A DNA stretch of 62,375 nt from a virus (taxonomy: Duplodnaviria > Caudoviricetes), in the IMG/VR virus record IMGVR_UViG_3300034112_001193, positions 1 to 62,375 of that record. One strand, 5' to 3'. The notes beneath the pieces are model-generated. The model was not told where the DNA came from. It searched no databases and saw only the letters and a program-made list of their open reading frames with translations. How positions within the stretch are numbered: the stretch's first letter is position 1; every line of letters begins with the position of its first letter. This document shows, piece after piece, positions 47,223 through 55,822 of the stretch. The translations under genes were made by a program, and so were the position numbers.

Positions 47223-47536
47223 TTCGCGCCCTCTTTTTTTAAATAATTTGCTGGATACTCAATTGGAAGACCTACAAGCTCAAACATTTTTGCTGCTGCA
47301 ATCTGCGAATTGTAACGCCCTTTTGCACCGTAATAATTCTTGATTGCCCCCCTCGCCTCGTCTCGCTCAACCTCTGCCCTTGCCGCCATTTCCACAGCGT
47401 AGTTCCACTTGTTACTCCAGCCCTCAATTTCATGTTTTGCCTCGTCACGCTCGCGTTCTAATCGTCGGCTCGTCATTACTTGCTTGATTGTGTCGCCACC
47501 CTGCCAAACCGCATCTGTCTCTGGTGTGTCGCTCAT
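47219..47536 (-). CDS. Hypothetical 'DTPETDA..LERERDEA' coiled-coil protein
   Basis: MSDTPETDAV and ERDEA repeats. Confidence 0.65.
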   Translation of the reverse strand: MSDTPETDAVWQGGDTIKQVMTSRRLERERDEAKHEIEGWSNKWNYAVEMAARAEVERDEARGAIKNYYGAKGRYNSQIAAAKMFELVGLPIEYPANYLKKEGAK

Positions 47537-47766
47537 TTTGTTTTCTCCTCGTTCTTCAAAATCTCCTCATAAACATCCCATGCCGCTTCTTCCTGATACC
47601 TGCGAAGCGTTGCAAGGAGTCTGGCGATGCCTGCCACCAAGGATTCTTCTTCTTCAAGATAATCCAAACATAGAAGCGAAATCTGCCTCAAAACGGCACT
47701 TTCCCTAGCCAACTCGCCAATTTGAGCCTCGGATAAACATTTTTTCTGTTCATCTGTATTTTCCAT
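47533..47766 (-). CDS. Hypothetical protein
   Basis: 77-aa ORF, packed. Confidence 0.55.
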   Translation of the reverse strand: MENTDEQKKCLSEAQIGELARESAVLRQISLLCLDYLEEEESLVAGIARLLATLRRYQEEAAWDVYEEILKNEEKTK

Positions 47767-47767
47767 T

Positions 47768-48025
47768 TTATTTATTTATTGTTGCTTCAAGTCGAAGAAT
47801 TCTCCTCTCCAACTCAAATATTTTAGTATTGAGCGAAGCCTCTCGACTCCCACCCATCCCAAGCAGTCTAGCCTGCTCCTCCACTTCTTGCAACGCCTCC
47901 CGCAACCTCGTCTCCAACTCCATGCATTTCATCGTGAGTTTGACCGACAACTCGTCACTATCGACCCACCGCCGCACCACCGCATCTGTCTCCGGGGTTC
48001 TCCCCGGTCGAATTTTTTTGCTCAT
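47768..48025 (-). CDS. Hypothetical 'TPETDA' coiled-coil protein
   Basis: RTPETDAVV motif shared with 47219-47536. Confidence 0.6.
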   Translation of the reverse strand: MSKKIRPGRTPETDAVVRRWVDSDELSVKLTMKCMELETRLREALQEVEEQARLLGMGGSREASLNTKIFELERRILRLEATINK

Positions 48026-48417
48026 CTGTGCTTCGCAGTCTTCGCCGCGATTTTTTTAGGTTGCGCTACAAACTGCTCACCCTTCTTCATCCCTTCACGC
48101 TTTGCCCTGCTCGTCGCCGCATACTCTTTTGGCGATAGTGCCTCCCTCGCCGCCTTCGGAAGATACCTCTCTCCAGTAGCGTTTGGACCCTGCGTCGAGG
48201 GTTTGCCACTTTTTGTTCCCCAATCTTCCTTTGTCCACTTGGTCAGACTTTTTTGCCCTTCGGTCTTCGCTCCCTTATACCCGCCTCCAGCCGCCTTGTA
48301 TTCCTTCCCCAGCATCTGCGCTTTCCTAGCACTCCACTCGCCGGGGTCGCCGCCCTTCGATCCTGCCATCAACCGATTCTTGATCCTCTCTCGCAATCCA
48401 ATTTTTGTATATGCCAT
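48022..48417 (-). CDS. Basic phage protein of the 'GSKGG.PG.WSARKAQ' family
   Basis: GSKGGDPGEWSARKAQML..YKAAGGGY..SL.KWT.E.W.TKSGKPS..GERYLP. Confidence 0.85.
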   Translation of the reverse strand: MAYTKIGLRERIKNRLMAGSKGGDPGEWSARKAQMLGKEYKAAGGGYKGAKTEGQKSLTKWTKEDWGTKSGKPSTQGPNATGERYLPKAAREALSPKEYAATSRAKREGMKKGEQFVAQPKKIAAKTAKHR

Positions 48418-48418
48418 G

Positions 48419-48613
48419 TTATTTTTTCTTCTTGGGTTTTTGTTTCTCCTGCTGAAACCAGTTCGGGAAATGTCCGTAGTCGCGAGGTTCAGTCACATTC
48501 TTGTTCGTATGACAAACATCGCACTTGCCATAGTGCCAAGTGCTAACTTCTCGCATCTTCGTTCCATGCTTCTTCCCGCACTCCACGCAAGCCCACTTTG
48601 GATAGTCAATCAT
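48419..48613 (-). CDS. Small zinc-ribbon protein
   Basis: CVECG...CDVC..VTEPRDYG. Confidence 0.65.
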   Translation of the reverse strand: MIDYPKWACVECGKKHGTKMREVSTWHYGKCDVCHTNKNVTEPRDYGHFPNWFQQEKQKPKKKK

Positions 48614-49251
48614 TTTTTATTTCGAGTAAAATTTTCCATCAACGCAAACGATGGTCCCGGATATGCCGCCAATCGATCATCCTTGTCAATCACCAATCCA
48701 AGCCGATTGGCCTCGTCCTCTGACCACACCACCCGCGCAAATTTCAAATTATGCTCTGCAATCAGATGGTCATGTCTCCCACCATAACTTGCCTGCAACT
48801 CCAGATTCGGCGGGATGCTTTCCAACCTCGCAATCCAGAACGGCAACGATTTTGTAAACGCCCAAAATCTGACATCTGGTTTTTCTCTGCAAAAATCCAA
48901 CCATGCGTCAAAATATTCCTGCGAGAAAAAATCCCCAGCAGTATGGATGCGAATCAACTTCGCCTTCTCTGGGAATGCTTCAGTCAAGACTTTTTTTATC
49001 TCGTCTTTTTTCTTCCCCCGCACCGCATCGAAATTGCACCACAATCGCTTTCTCACGCTAGGATACCTCTCGGTCATTGCCGCATAGCACCTGAATTTCA
49101 TCCCCGGCCCATACGATATCTTCCCTGTCTCCCGATCCGCCTTGGCAAGGCACTCAACTGCTCCGGGACAGGTGGTGCCGCTTGGCAATGACCAACTCCA
49201 CGCACTCGGATCAAAGATGTACCTGTTTGCTTTTGTGAATGCTGGTTTCAT
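48610..49251 (-). CDS. GP88-like protein (radical-SAM-like Cys motif)
   Basis: SLP.G.TCPGA..C...CYA; RIH.AGDFFS..Y...W; FWAFTKS; start MKPAF at 49251. Confidence 0.75.
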   Translation of the reverse strand: MKPAFTKANRYIFDPSAWSWSLPSGTTCPGAVECLAKADRETGKISYGPGMKFRCYAAMTERYPSVRKRLWCNFDAVRGKKKDEIKKVLTEAFPEKAKLIRIHTAGDFFSQEYFDAWLDFCREKPDVRFWAFTKSLPFWIARLESIPPNLELQASYGGRHDHLIAEHNLKFARVVWSEDEANRLGLVIDKDDRLAAYPGPSFALMENFTRNKK

Positions 49252-49504
49252 TTTTTGTTCTTGACTTCTCTTTGAAAATCTCAACCTCCAAACCCAACGC
49301 TTCACATACCTCCAAAAAAGTAATTGGCGTTTCCTTCTCCCCGTTAATCCACGCTAGCGCATCTTCCCGATCCTTCTCCGCTTCCTTCTGCCTGTACGGG
49401 TCAACATAAACAGTAGAAATTGTAGCGTCGACAATCGCCCATTCGATCATCTCACACAACATCTCCCTGACCCCCCAATCATCCCCTCGCCTCATTTCAC
49501 ACAT
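49211..49504 (-). CDS. Hypothetical protein (possible small regulator)
   Basis: I..AI.DA...DA..W......F..VCE.LGL pattern. Confidence 0.55.
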   Translation of the reverse strand: MCEMRRGDDWGVREMLCEMIEWAIVDATISTVYVDPYRQKEAEKDREDALAWINGEKETPITFLEVCEALGLEVEIFKEKSRTKNETSIHKSKQVHL

Positions 49505-49884
49505 ATTAATTCAATCCCAAAATAATCTGCGATTTCAATCGTTGAATCATCAAATTCATACCGCTCCCCATACGCAATCTTCCGAATCCCATATCCCGCC
49601 GCCAATCTCAAGCACTCATTGCAAGGTAGCGTTGTCACGCACATCACCCCAACCTCTTTGGGCTTGCAATACCTCAACGCATTTGCCTCTGCATGGATCA
49701 CAAACTTCCGCCTAGCTTCCCGATCCTGCCAATCCTCCCACATCCCCGCTGGGAATCCGTTGTATCCAACCCCCGCCACCGAATTGTCATGCCGCATCAC
49801 CACCGCACCAACTTTCCTCCACGGGTCTTTGCTCCTCATCGATGCCGCCTTCGCTAACCCCATTCCGTAGTCAAGCCAGTTCAT
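49492..49884 (-). CDS. dCMP deaminase
   Basis: RSKDP..KVGAV..GYNG.P; HAEANA; PCNEC. Confidence 0.92.
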   Translation of the reverse strand: MNWLDYGMGLAKAASMRSKDPWRKVGAVVMRHDNSVAGVGYNGFPAGMWEDWQDREARRKFVIHAEANALRYCKPKEVGVMCVTTLPCNECLRLAAGYGIRKIAYGERYEFDDSTIEIADYFGIELICVK

Positions 49885-49918
49885 ACATCTTCAGGCAAAT
49901 CGAATTCTAGTATTGCTT

Positions 49919-50269
49919 TCATAAGTAATATGCCTTCGCCAGCAGGGCATCTTGGTTCAGCCATTCAAGCCACTTCCGCGCCACCATGCCGGGGTCATCG
50001 AACCATGCCCGAACCTGATTGCTCTTCCAATGCGAGTCCCAAACGAACAAGCGATCCTTGTACACATACACCGTAACAGCATGGTTCCATTTGCTCGTCT
50101 CGATCACCAGCACCTTGCTCTTGATACCAACCTTCTCCAGCCCCGCTTGCATCGCAACCGCTTCTGGTAGGCAAGCATTCTTGTACCTCCCTACCCACGG
50201 TGGTACATCAACCGGAACGCTAGCACACCCTGCCAGCACCAGCACCAATGCTAGTAGCGCAACCCTCAT
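49919..50269 (-). CDS. Lipoprotein with papain/transglutaminase-like Cys-His-Asp motif
   Basis: Lipobox LAG-C; NAC..A; NHAVTVY; LFVWD. Confidence 0.55.
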   Translation of the reverse strand: MRVALLALVLVLAGCASVPVDVPPWVGRYKNACLPEAVAMQAGLEKVGIKSKVLVIETSKWNHAVTVYVYKDRLFVWDSHWKSNQVRAWFDDPGMVARKWLEWLNQDALLAKAYYL

Positions 50270-51384
50270 GGCATCACCCTCCTCATCGCATCAATCCCAT
50301 TGCAGTCCGAATACCACCCTTTGCCGACATGGACATCCAGCACATCCGCGAAATACTTGTCGTACATCGCGCCAACCCTATCCAAGCTGAAGTTGCTAGC
50401 CCATACTTGGCAATTGATGCTTTTGATCATGCCTTGCTCGACCTGCTTGATTGCCTCAACAAAGTCTCCCATCGTGCGGCATCGATATCCCGTAACCCCG
50501 TGAAGATTGTTTTCTGCAAACGAACCCCAATCGGTGGTGATGGTCGGTGTACCAGAGAATAGGTTCTCGATCTGGACCCCACCGAATGGCTCGACATATT
50601 GCGAAGGGATGAGGGAACCCTTGGCCTTGCTCATCAACTCACGCCGCTTCTCGATGTCAGCGTAGCCAATGTACTCGACATGGTCTGGAATCTTATATCC
50701 CGGCTCAATCTGTCCCGCCACCACTAGCCGCACTCCTGCTCGTTCCGCCGCCTGAAATGCCACATCGCATCCCTTGCCGCTATAGACCCTGCCAAGGTAC
50801 AGGAAATAGTCTTCCTTCTCATGGTTGCTCCGATAAGTGAAGTCTTCTGGATCGAAGTAATTCGGGATTACCACCTCGTACCAGTCCTGCCTGCAATTGC
50901 CTACTGCCTGCATACCGCAATAAGCATGGTAAATCGCATAGCTTTCAAAGACTTTCCACCGCGCCCAATGCCCCCCGGCGTACCCGATCCCCGGTTCAAC
51001 GCAAATAAGGTCAGGATGGGCATCGCAGATGGGCCTGACTCCCGATCCCCAAAAGGGAAGGATGAAGTCGAACTGCTTCTTGCGCTTGCCAACCTCTCGA
51101 ATGGCATTTGCGTAGAAGGTACGATAAGCATGATCGTTCACATCAAATTTGAAGAAGGTCTTGCGCCAGTCATGGTCCCCATAGGCAACCTGCCAGTCCT
51201 CGTTCTCCAGCACCGGAATGTGTTCGGTACAGATGAGGTCAGAGTCTCGATGACCGTAGTGCAGTACCTCATGCCCCCGGTCAGTCATCATTCGCCCGAA
51301 TTTGACAACTTTCTGCGTGTAGGCACAGGCATTGAACTCTTTTGAAGTAATCGTATGTGGAAGTCCTAATACATGGAATCTCAT
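50266..51384 (-). CDS. Glycosyltransferase family 4 (GT-B)
   Basis: IPNYFDP..F; YLGRV..GKG..A; PS.Y.EPFG.V.IE..SGTP.ITTDWG. Confidence 0.9.
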   Translation of the reverse strand: MRFHVLGLPHTITSKEFNACAYTQKVVKFGRMMTDRGHEVLHYGHRDSDLICTEHIPVLENEDWQVAYGDHDWRKTFFKFDVNDHAYRTFYANAIREVGKRKKQFDFILPFWGSGVRPICDAHPDLICVEPGIGYAGGHWARWKVFESYAIYHAYCGMQAVGNCRQDWYEVVIPNYFDPEDFTYRSNHEKEDYFLYLGRVYSGKGCDVAFQAAERAGVRLVVAGQIEPGYKIPDHVEYIGYADIEKRRELMSKAKGSLIPSQYVEPFGGVQIENLFSGTPTITTDWGSFAENNLHGVTGYRCRTMGDFVEAIKQVEQGMIKSINCQVWASNFSLDRVGAMYDKYFADVLDVHVGKGWYSDCNGIDAMRRVMP

Positions 51385-51590
51385 AGCTTGATCCAGTCTA
51401 CTGGGGTTACGGAACAGGTTGCCGCTTTGTCGAGTTCAAAGATTGCGAAGTGGACTCCGGGATGCGCTCCAGCTAATCGTTGCGCCTCCGCTTGAGCGTG
51501 AACATAATCTTTGTGGATATGCGTTGGAGGATAGCCGGGGACGATTTCCCATTTGCCGTTGTCCTGATGGATTCTGACAATGATGTACAT
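51381..51590 (-). CDS. Hypothetical protein
   Basis: H..Y..A..EA.RLA..HPG..F motif seen in small phage proteins. Confidence 0.6.
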   Translation of the reverse strand: MYIIVRIHQDNGKWEIVPGYPPTHIHKDYVHAQAEAQRLAGAHPGVHFAIFELDKAATCSVTPVDWIKL

Positions 51591-51592
51591 GG

Positions 51593-51973
51593 TTAGTTCT
51601 CCTGCTTGTCTGCTCGATTGTTTGCTTGTGCGTTGGTGTACTTGCCCTCCGAATAACGCTTCTGAAGTTTTGAACGGTTTAATTCGATCACTTCTTCCAT
51701 AGGTACAGAGTAGTAGTTCAGTACTCCTTGGATGTAGAATAGAAGGTCACCGCATTCCTCTAGGATGTTCTCCCGGTCATAAGGTTTGCGGTAGATTGCC
51801 GCCTTCTTGATGGCATCGAGAAGCTCTCCTGCCTCCCCGGCAACGCCCATTGCCATGTGGACTAGGTGAGCGTCTGTGGGTTTCATGTCTACTAGGATTT
51901 GGAATCCCGGCTTGCATAGGTTCTCTACGAAGAGAGAGTATGGTTCTTTGTGTTGTGTTTCTGTGGTTTGCAT
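51593..51973 (-). CDS. mazG: MazG-like nucleotide pyrophosphohydrolase
   Basis: HMAMGVAGEAGELLDAIKK..EECGDLLFY..N..KL.KRY. Confidence 0.9.
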   Translation of the reverse strand: MQTTETQHKEPYSLFVENLCKPGFQILVDMKPTDAHLVHMAMGVAGEAGELLDAIKKAAIYRKPYDRENILEECGDLLFYIQGVLNYYSVPMEEVIELNRSKLQKRYSEGKYTNAQANNRADKQEN

Positions 51974-52119
51974 GAAAAATGATGATTGACTATTTACTAG
52001 CTATATTATTGGAAGTTATAGTCTGGGGACAAGGGTTAAGTTGCGTGTTTGCATGGGATTGCTTTGAAATCCCAGATGATGCTATTTTGGATGAATTCTC
52101 TGCTGTACGCATATTAATG

Positions 52120-52641
52120 TTATTTGCTGAATCTATCAGGGAGTACATTGGACTCTTCCAATTCAATCTGCTGTGCTGACCGGGATGGTAGCTGGAAAGC
52201 GAGAGTGATTGGTTGTGCGGTATCGATTTCGATCTTGTCACCGTACTTTTTAGGAGCCATCTTGCTTGCTGCCCACTTTAGAGCATCGACTCGCAAGCGT
52301 CCTATGCCAGCGTCATGGGAGGAGAAGGATTCGTCTACGATAAGTTCGGCATAGTAGTCTGCTTGCTCTGCTCTGGCTTTTTTGTATTGGAGTTGAAAAT
52401 CCTGTTGAGCGTCAAGCCAAGCGTAGATTGTTCTGCGTTCAGGGAGGTGAGGGGAAGAGGCAATGATGGAGCGTAGGGTTTCGCCGTGAGAGAGTCGATT
52501 GCAAATTTCGTCTGCTAATTCTTGAGAGAATTTGGAAGGTCTACCCCTGACATTTTTTTCAGGTATTGGAGTACTGGTATTTTGTTGAAGGGATGGGTCT
52601 AAATTTTCTTCAGAATTTTTTTGCGAATTGTCTTGACTCAT
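52120..52641 (-). CDS. terS: Terminase small subunit (Sf6/P22-like)
   Basis: GRPSKFS.E.ADEIC.RL..GE.LRSI..P..RTIY.WL..F..QY..AR..RLRVDA.KW.ASK..PKKYGDK. Confidence 0.9.
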   Translation of the reverse strand: MSQDNSQKNSEENLDPSLQQNTSTPIPEKNVRGRPSKFSQELADEICNRLSHGETLRSIIASSPHLPERRTIYAWLDAQQDFQLQYKKARAEQADYYAELIVDESFSSHDAGIGRLRVDALKWAASKMAPKKYGDKIEIDTAQPITLAFQLPSRSAQQIELEESNVLPDRFSK

Positions 52642-52683
52642 TTTTGAGGAGGTGTGTATAATTAGCTCACTTCGTTCGCGGAG

Positions 52684-53103
52684 CTAGTGTTTATCGGGTT
52701 GTGCGGGTGGTTGTGGGTCTGGTGAGGATGGGATGGAATAGAAGAGATGGACGATGGTTTTTTCGTCTTTGAGGTGGCGGCACTTTTGTTGGGAGTATCT
52801 GGCGTCGATGGATTCTGGGTCGTCATCAGAAATGAGTCCAGCTTCGCGGAGTTGATCGGTGAGAGGTTTGGTTCCGCCGACAAAATTGTCAAAATCTTGG
52901 AGTTTTGTTGCAACTCTTTCAATGCGGAGGCCAACGCGAATCTTGCCTTTTTTTTGTGCTTGTGAAGGTTTGACCAATGGCTGGATAGGATTGTGTTGAG
53001 GGATGGGGTCAGGTAGTTTTTGAGGTGGAGGGTCAGGGTAATAGTTCCCGTCTGGGTGGAGGTGGTAGCCGAGTTTTCGGAGTTGTTCATGTGTCCATGA
53101 CAT
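52684..53103 (-). CDS. RusA-like Holliday junction resolvase
   Basis: DFDNFVGGTKPLTDQLR.AGLI.DDDP catalytic pattern. Confidence 0.75.
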   Translation of the reverse strand: MSWTHEQLRKLGYHLHPDGNYYPDPPPQKLPDPIPQHNPIQPLVKPSQAQKKGKIRVGLRIERVATKLQDFDNFVGGTKPLTDQLREAGLISDDDPESIDARYSQQKCRHLKDEKTIVHLFYSIPSSPDPQPPAQPDKH

Positions 53104-53114
53104 TTTGTTGAAAA

Positions 53115-53190
53115 GGGGTGACCCGCTTTTATGCGGTTACGGGTCTGGCGTAATGATGACTAGCGAACTACAATCGCCGCCGCAATACCA
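53115..53190 (-). ncRNA. Candidate H-type pseudoknot RNA downstream of ssb
   Basis: S1 TGCGG/CCGCA, S2 GACCCG/CGGGTC, A-rich loop TAAAA, inserted GGCG..CGCC hairpin. Confidence 0.35.
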
Positions 53191-53204
53191 TAGGGTTGGG
53201 TTGA

Positions 53205-53681
53205 TCAGAACGGTATCTCGTCTTCTTCACCTGTTGCGAGTTCTGGTTTCGAGGTGGTAGTGCCTCGACTTGGGAGTGATTTCGCAATGGAGTTGGAGAT
53301 GGCAAGAGCATCGTCAGCGGAGCGTTTGGGACCACCAACGGCATTGAGGTATCGGGCCTTGATTGTGGTCTTGCCGTTGTATTCTTCCTCCTCTGCGACG
53401 ATCACGCACTTCATGCCAGCAAATGGAATCTTTGTCCAAGTCCATTTGTCACCGAAAACATCAGAAAGGATTTTCTCTGTGGTTTCGTAGGCTTTGCTGG
53501 TCAGGTAGCCGATCCAAGCGATGCGCTTGCCTTCATGGATTCCGGGTTCGATGACCTTGCAGGGAATCTTGATGTATTTGGAACCTTTGGAGGATTCGTC
53601 AAACCACCCGTATTCAGGTGCGATGACTTCGCATTCAAATGTTCCAGCTACATCCAGCTTGCGGATAGGAGTTGTAGCCAT
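53205..53681 (-). CDS. Single-stranded DNA-binding protein (DUF669-like)
   Basis: G.FEC.V...S.KG..YI..; EEEYNGK; acidic C-terminus EEDEIPF. Confidence 0.75.
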   Translation of the reverse strand: MATTPIRKLDVAGTFECEVIAPEYGWFDESSKGSKYIKIPCKVIEPGIHEGKRIAWIGYLTSKAYETTEKILSDVFGDKWTWTKIPFAGMKCVIVAEEEEYNGKTTIKARYLNAVGGPKRSADDALAISNSIAKSLPSRGTTTSKPELATGEEDEIPF

Positions 53682-53683
53682 GG

Positions 53684-53962
53684 TCAGGATTGAGCGAGGT
53701 TGGCGTTATCCTGCGTTTCAACCGCTGGGGCAGGGGTTGGTGCTTCAGCCGGGGTTTCGGCGGTTGCAGAGGTTTTGAGGGACTCCAGTTCGGCAGCAAT
53801 CTCCTTGGAGATGTCGAGGAGAACTGCGCCTGCTTTGTCTGCCCACTTGACTGCGAGGTCATGCGGGAGTTCGATGGTCATGCCGATCCCGTGAGGGAGG
53901 GTGCGGCGTTTTGCGGTGACTGCTGAAAGTTTCAGCTTCGTCAGTTTGGTGTGTTTAGCCAT
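53684..53962 (-). CDS. Hypothetical protein
   Basis: 92-aa ORF, packed. Confidence 0.6.
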   Translation of the reverse strand: MAKHTKLTKLKLSAVTAKRRTLPHGIGMTIELPHDLAVKWADKAGAVLLDISKEIAAELESLKTSATAETPAEAPTPAPAVETQDNANLAQS

Positions 53963-53974
53963 ATTGGTATTTAT

Positions 53975-54367
53975 TTATATGTTTCGGAGTATCGCGAACG
54001 CCAGACATTTCTGCCAAGGCGTTGCGAAAATGATCGGGCAAGGTTGAAAACCTATGCCGGGGACAAGCATTCCACCATTGAGAATACCTGTCAATATATT
54101 TGCGTATTCGATTTCCTCATCACCTCGCAGATCGTCGTAAAAATACTGACAAAGATTGAGATCGTGGAGGAAATCAGGTTGGGAAATTTCGTTGTGATCC
54201 TTGTCGCGCCAGCACTCATTTGCCTCGTTATATTCCCATTCAAGTTGGGTGGCGAATTCAGAATTCAACAAGGCACAGAATGCTTGATATTGATCGAAAT
54301 GCTCATCACTCAATTCAACAGGGTCGATGTCTTCCCAAAATGCCAATTGTTCGATATGCTCACTCAT
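53975..54367 (-). CDS. Hypothetical protein
   Basis: Acidic ORF; start probably MSEHI overlapping the upstream stop. Confidence 0.55.
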   Translation of the reverse strand: MSEHIEQLAFWEDIDPVELSDEHFDQYQAFCALLNSEFATQLEWEYNEANECWRDKDHNEISQPDFLHDLNLCQYFYDDLRGDEEIEYANILTGILNGGMLVPGIGFQPCPIIFATPWQKCLAFAILRNI

Positions 54368-54915
54368 TCGATGCAACGATAGATGTCTTCCTGAAGTTTC
54401 AATTTTGGAATTTCAGATGTTGGCAAATTGTAAGATGCATCGTGAAATCTGACACGATTGGAAGGCTGAATGGTGAGTCGATTGTTGTCGAGTTTAATCC
54501 AGAAAAATGTTTTGTCTTGCTCCGGGGTCATTGAGTAGGAATCACCAATGAAACTGGTCTGGAAAAGATATGTCCCAGAATAAGCCTGCTTATGTATCCA
54601 AGCTATCATCCGAGAGTCGGCAAGGTGGTCACAGAGTAAATGCTCGTATTGATTGCCATAGCAGTTCCACATCTGTGCTTCACGAAGTGTCCAAGCGTCT
54701 GGATTTCTCCATTCAAATGAAATGGCATGAGGTGGAAGATTGCGATACATCATGCCGCCTTGGCGGAAGATGACATTCAGTCCCCAAGCACGATCCGGGA
54801 TTGCCACGGTCTGGACCCATTCAGCCTCTTGAAAGCCGATTGGTTCCTCATGGGTGAATCTGGTATCGACCAGCACATATTGCAGGAGAGGAATTGAGGA
54901 AGTTTTGTTGTTCAC
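54364..54915 (-). CDS. Conserved phage hypothetical protein
   Basis: G.MYRNLP.HA...QMWNC...G.YLF...EQ.K.F..I.LDN...QP.NRV.F.D pattern. Confidence 0.7.
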   Translation of the reverse strand: MNNKTSSIPLLQYVLVDTRFTHEEPIGFQEAEWVQTVAIPDRAWGLNVIFRQGGMMYRNLPPHAISFEWRNPDAWTLREAQMWNCYGNQYEHLLCDHLADSRMIAWIHKQAYSGTYLFQTSFIGDSYSMTPEQDKTFFWIKLDNNRLTIQPSNRVRFHDASYNLPTSEIPKLKLQEDIYRCIE

Positions 54916-55106
54916 AGGTAGTGCTTGATGATGACTTTTGATTGGAAGGTTTTGCCCTTGTGATTGAAGGTCACGATGTCCTGACCGTGGATGTCCTCTT
55001 CAATGTTAAGAAACTCCACAGAGTCGAGAGGAATCCATTCGGCGTTGCCAATGTAAACCATCGAAATTCTCTCTGGTTCATATGTGTCAATTTTAAGGGA
55101 ATTCAT
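54912..55106 (-). CDS. Hypothetical protein
   Basis: 64-aa ORF with ATGA overlaps. Confidence 0.55.
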   Translation of the reverse strand: MNSLKIDTYEPERISMVYIGNAEWIPLDSVEFLNIEEDIHGQDIVTFNHKGKTFQSKVIIKHYL

Positions 55107-55822
55107 GTGTTGAATTTGATGATTTGAGAGAAGTCAGCAATGCGTCGAAGGATCGGTTGGCGACGATCATCTGACAGCATTTTTTTGAGTTGTTCACTCG
55201 AAGCATTTGTTGTGATTATTGTCGGTTTGAGATTGGTGGTGCGATGCTCTAAAACATCGTACAATTCAGTCTCTCCCCGGTCTGTCATCTTCTGCTTCCC
55301 AAGATCATCGAGAAGCAAGATGGAAGTGCGGCGGCAACGCTCCATTGCCTCGATTGCTTCGCCTTTGTCTTGAGCATTAGAGTGCCATTGGTCAGCGGCA
55401 TATTTTGCGAATTGAGTCGAGGTCAGTCCGTAGACTGATTTGCCTGCATAGGTCATGCGTTTGAGGATATGCCATGCGGCACGGGTTTTTCCGGTTCCCG
55501 GTGGTCCTTCCAGCAGAACTCCAGTCGGATTGAATTGCCAGTTTTTGGCAATCTCCGCAAAAGCCCCGTAGATTCGTTCTAGATCGGTTTCGCGATAGAG
55601 AGGTGGGCAAATATCATTGAACGCATTTTTAAACCGTTCAACTCGCTCAATCTCGTTCTTCCTAGCTTGCTCTTGAGTCCATTTTTCCTCACAGGCAGGA
55701 CAAAGCACCCGGAGATCGGAATTTTTGAAGTAGGGAGTGACAGGCATTTCGATCACCTCAAAGCAATCGTTCCCGGCACAAGGGTGAAGTTCAGTTTCCA
55801 TTTGATTACCAAGAGAAGTCAT
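55103..55822 (-). CDS. DnaC/IstB-like AAA+ helicase loader
   Basis: N-terminal Cys cluster; GPPGTGKT; LLLDDLGK; R....PTIITTN; RRI. Confidence 0.9.
   Translation of the reverse strand: MTSLGNQMETELHPCAGNDCFEVIEMPVTPYFKNSDLRVLCPACEEKWTQEQARKNEIERVERFKNAFNDICPPLYRETDLERIYGAFAEIAKNWQFNPTGVLLEGPPGTGKTRAAWHILKRMTYAGKSVYGLTSTQFAKYAADQWHSNAQDKGEAIEAMERCRRTSILLLDDLGKQKMTDRGETELYDVLEHRTTNLKPTIITTNASSEQLKKMLSDDRRQPILRRIADFSQIIKFNT

Noticed and set aside
51979-52241. Small ORFs between terS and mazG
   Set aside because: They overlap terS or have no motif; the AT-rich gap may be non-coding.
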